Positions 1 through 7,209 of a stretch of DNA of 64,000 nt are shown in pieces. How positions within the stretch are numbered: position 1 is the first letter of the stretch; each line of letters opens with the position of its first letter. The DNA comes from Candidatus Woesearchaeota archaeon. GTDB lineage: Archaea > Nanobdellota > Nanobdellia > Pacearchaeales > GW2011-AR1. Both the position numbers and the translations under genes were made by a program. The DNA is taken from NCBI GenBank assembly GCA_964621025.1, contig CAZUKQ010000003.1:1991-65990 (forward strand). The letters are read 5' to 3'. The notes below the pieces were generated by a model. It was not told the DNA's origin. It saw nothing but the letters and a program-made list of their open reading frames with translations, and made no database searches.

Positions 1-73
1 AGATTAAAGAAATTGCAATTATAGCAAAGAACCAAGTTATTGTTGAACCTATTTGTGCACGTTTGTTATTCAT
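1..73 (-). CDS. Type IV pilin-like protein, 5' end only (gene runs off the left edge)
   Basis: Reverse-strand ATG at 73 reads MNNKRAQIGSTITWFFAIIAISLI. This is a short basic leader, K-R-A, then a hydrophobic helix, as in a class III (prepilin) signal. It overlaps the stop (66-68) of the upstream pilin-like gene. It is absent from the ORF track because it is truncated. Confidence 0.4.
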   Translation of the reverse strand, partial: MNNKRAQIGSTITWFFAIIAISLI

Positions 74-560
74 TTTCTACTCCTACAAAAGCTAAAGAAT
101 CTTGACTCGAAACTGTGAGAATATTTATCTGTCCTTTTTCAGTTTGTCCATCTTTAGAATAAAGAACTAATTCAGTTTGATTAACACAACCCGGAAAATT
201 CTCAGTCTTAATTTTTTCCTTAAGTTCGCAGTCAGCTTTCTTACTTCTATCTCCGCCATCTAAAACAGATTCTCCGTCTAGAACTATTTCAAAATAAAAT
301 AAACTTTTGTTTAGAAAAACATCTTTACTCAAATCACATTCTTTGTAGATGTCAAAACTTCCATTAAAATCGCCCCTCAAATTTCCATTCTGAACTAAAC
401 ACTCCAATATTCTTTCATACATAATTCCTGCCTCATACTCTCTAGTATTCACTTCTTTAGAAAAAAATCCCATTGTGACTAATACCATCACAGCAGAAAT
501 TGCAGCAATCGCAACAAACCACCAAAGTGTAAAAATTCTTTCCTCTCCACGCTTATTCAT
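66..560 (-). CDS. Class III signal peptide (type IV pilin-like) protein, 164 aa
   Basis: N-terminus MNKRGEERIFTLWWFVAIAAISAVMVLV has a basic leader ending K-R-G followed by a ~22-residue hydrophobic helix. It overlaps the upstream gene by 8 nt and belongs to a same-strand array of similar genes. Confidence 0.6.
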   Translation of the reverse strand: MNKRGEERIFTLWWFVAIAAISAVMVLVTMGFFSKEVNTREYEAGIMYERILECLVQNGNLRGDFNGSFDIYKECDLSKDVFLNKSLFYFEIVLDGESVLDGGDRSKKADCELKEKIKTENFPGCVNQTELVLYSKDGQTEKGQINILTVSSQDSLAFVGVENE

Positions 561-963
561 TTGTCACCTCTCTAACTCTCAAAATTAATTTATTTCCTTC
601 TAAAACAGAAACAACCTTGTAATCAGAAAAATAATACATCGACCTTCCAGACTTTCCTCTTAAACTTACCTTGATTAAATTATCCTCTTCATCAATTTGA
701 ACTAAATTATTCAAAGCGTCACCCTTCAATCCATTTTTTTCAGCAATCTTTAATGCCTTCGTAAAATCAATCGCAATATCTGTTCCGGGCCTTGCTGAAT
801 CTATAAAGAAAGCAATCTCTTTGACATAAACGCTTTCGTAAATCAAAGCACCTGTGGAGGCCTGAGAAACGAAAATAAATAGAATAATAAAAACCATAAC
901 TGTAAGCAACAACATCATAATTACTGGAGTCGTTAATTCCTCTCCTCTTTTACCTTTCACCAT
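553..963 (-). CDS. Class III signal peptide (type IV pilin-like) protein, 136 aa
   Basis: N-terminus is MVKGKRGEELTTPVIMMLLLTVMVFIILFIF. A TATA-like AAATTTATAAC (984-994, minus sense) lies ~25 nt upstream of the ATG. Confidence 0.6.
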   Translation of the reverse strand: MVKGKRGEELTTPVIMMLLLTVMVFIILFIFVSQASTGALIYESVYVKEIAFFIDSARPGTDIAIDFTKALKIAEKNGLKGDALNNLVQIDEEDNLIKVSLRGKSGRSMYYFSDYKVVSVLEGNKLILRVREVTNE

Positions 964-1009
964 CGATTTTCAAAGAAAAAGAATGTTATAAATTTATCTA
1001 AGTTTTGGA

Positions 1010-2083
1010 TTAGGATATACTTTCTATTCTACCACAATACTGGCCAATATCATTAAAATCATACTTTACTAATCTGACTACAGAACAACCTTCCCTAATA
1101 CTAGAACCATAAGCCACATCAGAACAATAGCCTGCAGCCACATTTCTGTTATTCCAGCTATTAATCTGCTGAGCACCAAATAATGTAACCCCTATAACCC
1201 ATGCAGCAGGATTCGCCACAGTTCTTGCAGTAACTGTTGTTGTCTTAACAGGATTAGCAATAAAAGAAGCTCCCCAAGCAAGACCTATCGCCGAAATTGT
1301 ATTCTTCCAAACTACAGTACCTTTAGAAGCAGAAACCTGCATAAACAAAACTGCTATCTCTTCATCTTTTCCGATTGGTCTTGCCGTTGCGTTTTCTAAA
1401 CTAATTGTAGAACTATTAGTAATATTTTCATGATTCACAACAACATCAACACTTAAATCTTCTTCAACGCTCATCATAGCATTTCCTCCAGCTAAATAAT
1501 CATAATATGAAACGTTTTGACCAGGAGCCTTATGGGTTCTCATATATTGGTCCACATTCAAATCTTTCAAACTAACATTCAAGTCTGCAAGAGAATTTTC
1601 ATCGAATGCAAGTCTTGAACAAATAACACATGAAGAATCTATTCCACTAGCAGCAAACTGATTAGCCAACGAAGGAGAGAATAAAGTAATTTTTCCTTCA
1701 CCCATCATTTGCCAACAAGAAACCATTTCCTGAGCAATATATCTGTTTACATCATTTAACTCTGCAACTTCAACATTCTGAATTTCTTTAGAATTATTAT
1801 ACTCTTCCGCACAAGTTCCTTTTCCAAACCATTTATCTCCTCGGATGCATATTTTATTTGTTTTACATTTCAAAGGCACAGCAGAACTCACTTCCTTCAC
1901 ATTAACCATACTAGCCAAGGTTCCTCTGAGAATCACTGACTCTTTGCAGATAGAATCATCTACCTGTCCTTTCCAATTAACCTGTGTATAAAAGAAGATG
2001 ATTATTCCAACGCTAAAAATCAAGATGATTATTCCAATAAGTGTTCCGCTAGTTATATCTCCCCTTTTATTAGCCATTATCAT
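1010..2083 (-). CDS. Class III signal peptide (pilin-like) protein with a larger 357-aa body
   Basis: N-terminus is MIMANKRGDITSGTLIGIIILIFSVGIIIFFY. The Cys-containing ectodomain has no motif I recognise. Confidence 0.6.
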   Translation of the reverse strand: MIMANKRGDITSGTLIGIIILIFSVGIIIFFYTQVNWKGQVDDSICKESVILRGTLASMVNVKEVSSAVPLKCKTNKICIRGDKWFGKGTCAEEYNNSKEIQNVEVAELNDVNRYIAQEMVSCWQMMGEGKITLFSPSLANQFAASGIDSSCVICSRLAFDENSLADLNVSLKDLNVDQYMRTHKAPGQNVSYYDYLAGGNAMMSVEEDLSVDVVVNHENITNSSTISLENATARPIGKDEEIAVLFMQVSASKGTVVWKNTISAIGLAWGASFIANPVKTTTVTARTVANPAAWVIGVTLFGAQQINSWNNRNVAAGYCSDVAYGSSIREGCSVVRLVKYDFNDIGQYCGRIESIS

Positions 2084-2115
2084 CTAAAACTAAACAAAAT
2101 AATCTTTTTAATTCT

Positions 2116-2226
2116 TTACATCGCCAATAATCTTTTGAATAGAAGGTAAACACCAGTACAAACTAAAACAAATACTGCCAACCAAAGCAAAAGTCGAACA
2201 AATTCTTCCATTCCTCTTTTTTTCAT
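2116..2226 (-). CDS. Mini pilin-like protein, 36 aa (below ORF-track cutoff)
   Basis: Hand translation gives MKKRGMEEFVRLLLWLAVFVLVCTGVYLLFKRLLAM*. It shows the same K-R-G plus hydrophobic helix pattern. A TATA-like AAATATATAAAG lies ~30 nt upstream. Confidence 0.45.
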   Translation of the reverse strand: MKKRGMEEFVRLLLWLAVFVLVCTGVYLLFKRLLAM

Positions 2227-2268
2227 AAAAAATAAAATTAAAAGAACTTAATAAAACTTTATATATTT

Positions 2269-2823
2269 CTAAGAAGTGACTAATTTATCTCTACAAATAT
2301 CTGCTCCAACAACTCTTGCACCATCTAAATTTTTCAACAATAGGGACAAATCCGCAAATGGATAAACTTCTTGGATTTTCTTGAATGTTGCCGAGTTTAC
2401 ATCCAGAGTATTGCTATTTAGACTTATAACCCCTGAACTAAATGAGCCTACTGTCTCATCAACCGGCCACCAATTGACATCTCTCTGAACTTCTGTAGCA
2501 TCTAGCTTTAAACCTGAATAAAGATTTCCTCTACAATTAGTTTGTTTTATTAAATCCTGACACAAATTGATATCTCCTTGTTTTGTAAGATAATCTCCCT
2601 TAACATTCCCCACCCTAAATGGACAAAGACTGCTACCAGTTACCGATTCATTCAAACCACTAATTACCTCATCCTCTTGAGGAGTATAACCATATCCTGG
2701 CAAATTTCTAATTTTTGTTAAAATATCTCCCTTAGCAAAGGCAAAGAAAAGCGCACCAATAGTTAGGAGAATTAAAATAATCAGAAGCATCTGCTCATAA
2801 CCAGTCATAGCCCTCTTGTTCAT
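2269..2823 (-). CDS. Class III signal peptide (type IV pilin-like) protein, 184 aa
   Basis: N-terminus is MNKRAMTGYEQMLLIILILLTIGALFFAFA. If cleavage follows K-R-A, Glu falls at +5, as in bacterial type IV pilins. Its ATG overlaps the upstream stop as ATGA. Confidence 0.6.
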   Translation of the reverse strand: MNKRAMTGYEQMLLIILILLTIGALFFAFAKGDILTKIRNLPGYGYTPQEDEVISGLNESVTGSSLCPFRVGNVKGDYLTKQGDINLCQDLIKQTNCRGNLYSGLKLDATEVQRDVNWWPVDETVGSFSSGVISLNSNTLDVNSATFKKIQEVYPFADLSLLLKNLDGARVVGADICRDKLVTS

Positions 2824-2978
2824 TTTCCAAACCTAAAAATATTATTTAGATATTGCATTGCTCCAACACCTTTGTCCTTGAGAATAAACAAACCAATAAT
2901 AACAATTACTAAAACAGCTATGCCTACTATCCACCAAGCAAGTTGATCAAGCTCGAAAGCACCACGTCTCTTTTTCAT
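2820..2978 (-). CDS. Mini pilin-like protein, 52 aa (below ORF-track cutoff)
   Basis: Hand translation gives MKKRRGAFELDQLAWWIVGIAVLVIVIIGLFILKDKGVGAMQYLNNIFRFGK*. The stop TGA overlaps the ATG of the next gene (ATGA at 2820-2823). Confidence 0.5.
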   Translation of the reverse strand: MKKRRGAFELDQLAWWIVGIAVLVIVIIGLFILKDKGVGAMQYLNNIFRFGK

Positions 2979-3053
2979 AAAATTAAAAGCGTTAGGAGAT
3001 TAATAAATGTTATTAGAACAGCAAATTTAAAAGAGCAAAGAACCTGTATTATT

Positions 3054-3578
3054 ATGGCAAAAATAAACGCAGGATTTAGCTCTGGAAAAGTTTCCTCAAA
3101 TTCTCAAGAAGCAGTCGCTCTCTGTAGTTCACAAAGCTTTGGAGAAAAAATTGGAGAAAAAATTTTCTACTCTTTAAGCGAGACTCTCTTCCTTATCGAC
3201 GAGAAAAAACTAGAAGTCTCCGATACAAACAACAAAAAAATAAACAGAGAAGAATTATTGAAGAAATTCCAAAAAATTGATAAAAATTTCAAGACCAAAT
3301 ATTTTGTATTTCAGGATTTAAGGAAGAAAGGATATCTATTGAAAAGTGCTTTGAAATTTGGTGCGGACTTTCGAGTTTACGAGAAAGGTAAAAAAGTTGG
3401 CAAAGACCACTCCAAATGGATTTTATATGCGACAGACGAAAACGCAACACAAAAGTGGCAAGATTTCAGTGCCAAAAACAGAATTGCTCATTCGACAAAA
3501 AAGAAACTTCTTATTGGAGTCGTTGATGAAGAAGGCGATGTTTCCTACTACGAATCTAGCTGGCTGAAACCCCAATAA
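3054..3578 (+). CDS. endA: tRNA-splicing endonuclease (EndA)
   Basis: The C-terminal catalytic-domain motif LKFGADFRVYEKG...HSKWILY and the terminal VSYYESSWLKP match the EndA family. I prefer the ATG at 3054 (MAKINAG) to the track's TTG at 2943, which would overlap the divergent pilin gene. A TATA-like AAATTTAAAAG lies ~25 nt upstream of 3054. Confidence 0.8.
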   Translation: MAKINAGFSSGKVSSNSQEAVALCSSQSFGEKIGEKIFYSLSETLFLIDEKKLEVSDTNNKKINREELLKKFQKIDKNFKTKYFVFQDLRKKGYLLKSALKFGADFRVYEKGKKVGKDHSKWILYATDENATQKWQDFSAKNRIAHSTKKKLLIGVVDEEGDVSYYESSWLKPQ

Positions 3579-3608
3579 ATTTATAATGTGTTCTGTCTTC
3601 TCTAATTA

Positions 3609-4541
3609 ATGATTAACGTAGAAGAAGTAAAAATTCAAATTCTGAAAACCCTAGATATGGTCGGACCAAGTTTACCAATACAAATTGCAAAAACTACGGG
3701 ACTTTCACCAATGTTTGCATCCGCAATTTTATCAGAACTTGTAGGGGCACAGAAAGTAAAAATGAGTAAACTAAAGTATGGTTCCACCCCTTTGTATCTT
3801 ATTCCGGGGCAAGAACAAAGATTGGAAAATTTTGCAGATGAAAATCTGTCTGCTGGAGAAAAAATTGCCTACCATCGACTTAAAGAAGAGAAAATCATCG
3901 ACGACATCAAACAAGAACCAGCAATGAGAGTTGCTCTTAGATCAATAAATGATTTCGCAGTTCCAATAAGATTCCAGGATAAAATAATTTGGAAATATAA
4001 ATTCATAACTAATGAAGAAGCAAAAGATATCTTAGACCAAAAGTTCAATGGCAAAGAAAAACCTGCAATCAAAATAGAAAAAGAACAAGAAAGAGTTGAA
4101 CAAGAACCTGAAGTTAAAGAAGAAATTGTAATTGAAAGACAAAAGGTAAAACTAATTCCCAAAGAGGAAGAAAGCGAAGAACCTGTTGAACCTAAAGCCA
4201 AACCTCCAAAAACTAAAAAGAAGTTTGAAACGGTGAATGAATTTTTAGTAGAGGTAAAATCTTTCCTTGATAAAAAAGATATAGAACTTGTTAAAGAAAT
4301 AGAATCTAAGAAAAAAGATGTAACTGCAATAATAAGAATTAATTCTGACTTAGGAAAAATCTCATTTTTGTTAATTGCTAAAGACAAAAAGAAACTAAAC
4401 TTAACAGATTTAACGATGGCCTACCAAAAGGCAATAACCCACAAGATGCCTTGCTATCTTCTTTCTAGAAGCGAGTCATCTAAGGCTATCGAGGGCTTCC
4501 TTGAGGAACATAAAAATCTGCTAAAATTAGGGCATTTCTAG
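3609..4541 (+). CDS. Hypothetical protein with an N-terminal winged-helix-like domain and a K/E-rich linker
   Basis: 310-aa ORF. The N-terminus ILKTLDMVGPSLPIQIAKTTGLSPMFASAILSELV...GSTPLYLIPGQ looks like an HTH plus wing. The centre is a low-complexity E/K/P linker. I do not recognise the C-terminal ~100 aa. Confidence 0.45.
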   Translation: MINVEEVKIQILKTLDMVGPSLPIQIAKTTGLSPMFASAILSELVGAQKVKMSKLKYGSTPLYLIPGQEQRLENFADENLSAGEKIAYHRLKEEKIIDDIKQEPAMRVALRSINDFAVPIRFQDKIIWKYKFITNEEAKDILDQKFNGKEKPAIKIEKEQERVEQEPEVKEEIVIERQKVKLIPKEEESEEPVEPKAKPPKTKKKFETVNEFLVEVKSFLDKKDIELVKEIESKKKDVTAIIRINSDLGKISFLLIAKDKKKLNLTDLTMAYQKAITHKMPCYLLSRSESSKAIEGFLEEHKNLLKLGHF

Positions 4542-4545
4542 AACA

Positions 4546-4560
4546 ATAAACCTTAAAAAG
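4546..4560 (+). promoter_or_regulatory. BRE/TATA promoter of rps17e
   Basis: TAAACCTTAAAAAG is centred ~26 nt upstream of the ATG at 4581. The same sequence occurs at 57115-57131. Confidence 0.55.
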
Positions 4561-4580
4561 CCAAAAAGAGAGACAATATT

Positions 4581-4787
4581 ATGGGACGAATCAAAACAAC
4601 ATTAGTAAAGAGAACATCCAGAAAACTAGTTGAATCTCTACCTGAATCATTCGCAAAAGACTTCGAGTCTAACAAAAAGTCACTTGGTAACACAACGATG
4701 CCAAGTAAAAGAATGCGAAATATGGTTGCTGGCTATATAACAAGACTTAAGAGAAATAGTCAGAAAATCATCGACGACAAACAATAG
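4581..4787 (+). CDS. rps17e: 30S ribosomal protein S17e (eS17)
   Basis: MGRIKTTLVKRTSRKLVE...FESNKK matches the typical eS17 N-terminus, and the size is right (68 aa). Confidence 0.9.
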   Translation: MGRIKTTLVKRTSRKLVESLPESFAKDFESNKKSLGNTTMPSKRMRNMVAGYITRLKRNSQKIIDDKQ

Positions 4788-4792
4788 TAATA

Positions 4793-5095
4793 ATGGAAAA
4801 AGAACAAGAAAGAACAAAAGAGAATATTGTATTTATTGGTAGCAAACCTTTTATGAGTTATGTAACCGGCGTTGTAATGCAGTTTACAACAAACAAAGCT
4901 TCACAAGTTATAATCAAAGCAAGAGGTAAATTCATTTCTAAATCAGTTGATGTCGCAGAAGTTTCAAAAAACAAATTCTTAAAAGAACTTAATTTAGATG
5001 CTGAATCTATAAAAATTGGAAGTGAAGCTTACGAAAACAAAGAAGGCAAAAAACTTTGCGTTTCAACAATGGAAATAGTTCTTAAAAGAAAATAA
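4793..5095 (+). CDS. albA: Alba DNA/RNA-binding protein
   Basis: NIVFIGSKPFMSYVTGVVMQF...VIIKARGKFISKSVDVAEV matches the Alba/Sac10b core. Size is 100 aa. Confidence 0.9.
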   Translation: MEKEQERTKENIVFIGSKPFMSYVTGVVMQFTTNKASQVIIKARGKFISKSVDVAEVSKNKFLKELNLDAESIKIGSEAYENKEGKKLCVSTMEIVLKRK

Positions 5096-5142
5096 TTCTC
5101 AATCATATAAATCCTTATAAATCTCAAACTTTTTTAGTTAAA

Positions 5143-5496
5143 ATGGTAACATTAGAAACATTTCTTAGAGAAGAAATAGCTAAACAAAATAATCTGTTAC
5201 ATCAACAAAAAATTGTCTTGCAAAATTCAAGATTAGCCTTAGACTGCACACCTTCTCAAAACTTCACTTATGAAATCCAATTACAAAGTTTATGGAGCAG
5301 TGAAGGAGAAGAAGATATAACAACAAAACATAAAGGTGAAATTTTTGAAGCAATAAAAATTGCAGAAGCTGAATACCGAAGAATTAATGAAAGATCAAAC
5401 ATATCTGCAAAGTATAAAGTGAATATAGTTCTTGGAGAAAGAAAATTTGAAGTTCCGAAAGAATACTGGGAAAAGTACACGTTTGAAAACTGCTAA
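5143..5496 (+). CDS. Hypothetical protein, 117 aa
   Basis: Clean ORF with a TATA-like CCTTATAAATC ~25 nt upstream. No recognisable motif. Confidence 0.55.
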   Translation: MVTLETFLREEIAKQNNLLHQQKIVLQNSRLALDCTPSQNFTYEIQLQSLWSSEGEEDITTKHKGEIFEAIKIAEAEYRRINERSNISAKYKVNIVLGERKFEVPKEYWEKYTFENC

Positions 5497-5725
5497 TAAT
5501 TCTAAAACCAATAACCTTAAATAATTAGTTTCTCTAGTATATTCATGTTAAGCCACAACGCTTTATTCGTTCAGAAGAATATTGTAGCTGTGTCTGCGAC
5601 AATTCTAAAGGTCTCCTACTGATTCTATCAGGGCCTTTAGACTTCTTACAAAAAATTTACAGAATATGTCTTTAGGCCCTTATAGTCTTACAAGAAATCT
5701 TTAGAAAACTAAACTGGAGGGCAAA

Positions 5726-5875
5726 ATGGATAAAACAACAGAAACAAGAAAAGAACTTGAGGAACGACTCGACGGAATACCAATGCTATTTCCGTTCGAA
5801 GGCGGAATCGTAGAGTTAGGTCTCCCTCAGGATTATTCACTGATGACAGAAATTTACGCAGTGGCTAGTCAATAA
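5726..5875 (+). CDS. Small hypothetical protein, 49 aa (below ORF-track cutoff)
   Basis: Hand translation gives MDKTTETRKELEERLDGIPMLFPFEGGIVELGLPQDYSLMTEIYAVASQ*. It is preceded by the Shine-Dalgarno-like TGGAGGG 7 nt upstream. Confidence 0.35.
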   Translation: MDKTTETRKELEERLDGIPMLFPFEGGIVELGLPQDYSLMTEIYAVASQ

Positions 5876-5893
5876 TCTTAGTAAAAAATAAAA

Positions 5894-6175
5894 TTATTTT
5901 TTTGTCTTCTTTTGTTTTTTAGAAGACTTTTCCTTTCCCAAAATTTCTAATAAAAAATCTAATTTTTCTTCAATTCTCATGAGTCTTCTATGGTCTTTGA
6001 ATCGATTAATTCCTCTAACAATCAAGAATATCCAGTAGACAATTAAAACAACCCCTATTGCCTGTAAAACAGAAATTAGAGGTGCAGCCTTATCCAACAA
6101 AACAGGAAAACCTTGCGTCCAAAAAGAACTTAACAAATCAGAACTGTTCACTGAAGGAATTAAATCTACGGCCAT
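5894..6175 (-). CDS. Small membrane protein with a basic coiled-coil tail, 93 aa (last gene of the LamG operon)
   Basis: It has one strong TM (VLQAIGVVLIVYWIFLIV) followed by RLMRIEEKLDFLLEIL and a K-rich tail. It overlaps the upstream gene by 1 nt. Confidence 0.6.
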   Translation of the reverse strand: MAVDLIPSVNSSDLLSSFWTQGFPVLLDKAAPLISVLQAIGVVLIVYWIFLIVRGINRFKDHRRLMRIEEKLDFLLEILGKEKSSKKQKKTKK

Positions 6176-7209
6176 TATTTCTTGGTCTGTTTTACAACTT
6201 TCTTAAATTTTTTATGATGTGGCTTAAAATCTCTCCAAGACAATTTGTGTTCCTTACTTATTTTCTTACTAATCTTTTTCTCATGTTTTTGAACATGTTT
6301 TTCAAATCTTTGTTTTTCTTTTTTTTGATGTTTTTCGTCAATCTTGGCATACTTGGCTTCTTCTCTTGATCTTCCTCCAGAATATAAAAACATCTTTTCC
6401 TGTAACAAAGGAATCTGTCTATCAATATCTCTAATCATCTCTGCGAAACTTTTTGTTCTAATTGTATAAGAACTCTCTGAAAGATTTCCTCCCTCAAAAT
6501 ATTGTTTCTGGGTAGCCATAATTAAATTTTTTAAAGATTCTTTTCTAGCCTGTAAATTTGTTATTTTTTTCCTTATTAAATATCTGTAAATACTAGTTTT
6601 GTATATAAAAAAAAGTATAAGTAACGTAGTCAAACTGATTATTATAATTTTCCAGTTATCTAAGAAAAACTTTTGTAAGGAACGAGAGGTACTAGCATAA
6701 AATAAATTCAAAGTAGTATACTCGGATTTAACAGTTATAATTTTTTCATAGGCACTAGTAATTAGGGGATTTACCTTTTCATATCTCTCACTGTTTATCT
6801 CATCTTTAATTTGATCAATGATTACATCTATAGAACTTGTGTTAATGTTTGTATTAACAAAAGACTCGTCATAGAATCTAGTTAGAGCTCCGAGCGCATC
6901 CCTCGAATTGTATGCCTCTATTTTCAAATTAGCAAGTGCTTCGCAATAAGGTAAAACTAAATTAAACTCTCCTGTCCTTCCTTTCTGTTCTAAAAGAATT
7001 TGAGAAAGATAAAGATTATCTGCTTGCTTTAGTGTGTCATTCGCTCTAGCAACAGAGAAATTAGCCGCTTGCAACTCTACAACAGTTTTTGTAGATTCAT
7101 TTAAACAACTAGTAGCCTGGTCTTTAATAGAAGTATTTACAGCCACTGCAAAAGTAAAACTAACACAAAACAAGAAAGTTAAAGCTAACACTAAAATTTT
7201 ATTTTTCAT
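6175..7209 (-). CDS. Secreted helical ectodomain protein with a TM and cytoplasmic coiled-coil/K-rich tail, 344 aa
   Basis: It has a Sec-type signal (MKNKILVLALTFLFCVSFTFA), a TM (WKIIIISLTTLLILFFIY) and a C-terminal K-rich tail. Its ATG overlaps the stop of the giant gene (ATGA at 7206-7209). The architecture mirrors the C-terminal ~400 aa of the giant protein. Confidence 0.65.
   Translation of the reverse strand: MKNKILVLALTFLFCVSFTFAVAVNTSIKDQATSCLNESTKTVVELQAANFSVARANDTLKQADNLYLSQILLEQKGRTGEFNLVLPYCEALANLKIEAYNSRDALGALTRFYDESFVNTNINTSSIDVIIDQIKDEINSERYEKVNPLITSAYEKIITVKSEYTTLNLFYASTSRSLQKFFLDNWKIIIISLTTLLILFFIYKTSIYRYLIRKKITNLQARKESLKNLIMATQKQYFEGGNLSESSYTIRTKSFAEMIRDIDRQIPLLQEKMFLYSGGRSREEAKYAKIDEKHQKKEKQRFEKHVQKHEKKISKKISKEHKLSWRDFKPHHKKFKKVVKQTKK

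Noticed and set aside
2943-3053. TTG-initiated 37-codon N-terminal extension of endA from the ORF track
   Set aside because: It would overlap the divergent mini-pilin gene and the shared promoter region. The ATG at 3054 has a TATA box at the usual ~25-nt distance and gives a normal EndA length.
3358-3567. 69-aa plus-strand ORF nested in endA
   Set aside because: It is an alternative frame inside a gene with clear EndA catalytic motifs, and nothing supports it independently.
3869-4387. 172-aa minus-strand ORF inside the winged-helix protein gene
   Set aside because: It is antisense to a K/E-rich low-complexity coding stretch. Its Ser/Leu/Phe-rich product is the typical mirror artefact, and it has no start context.
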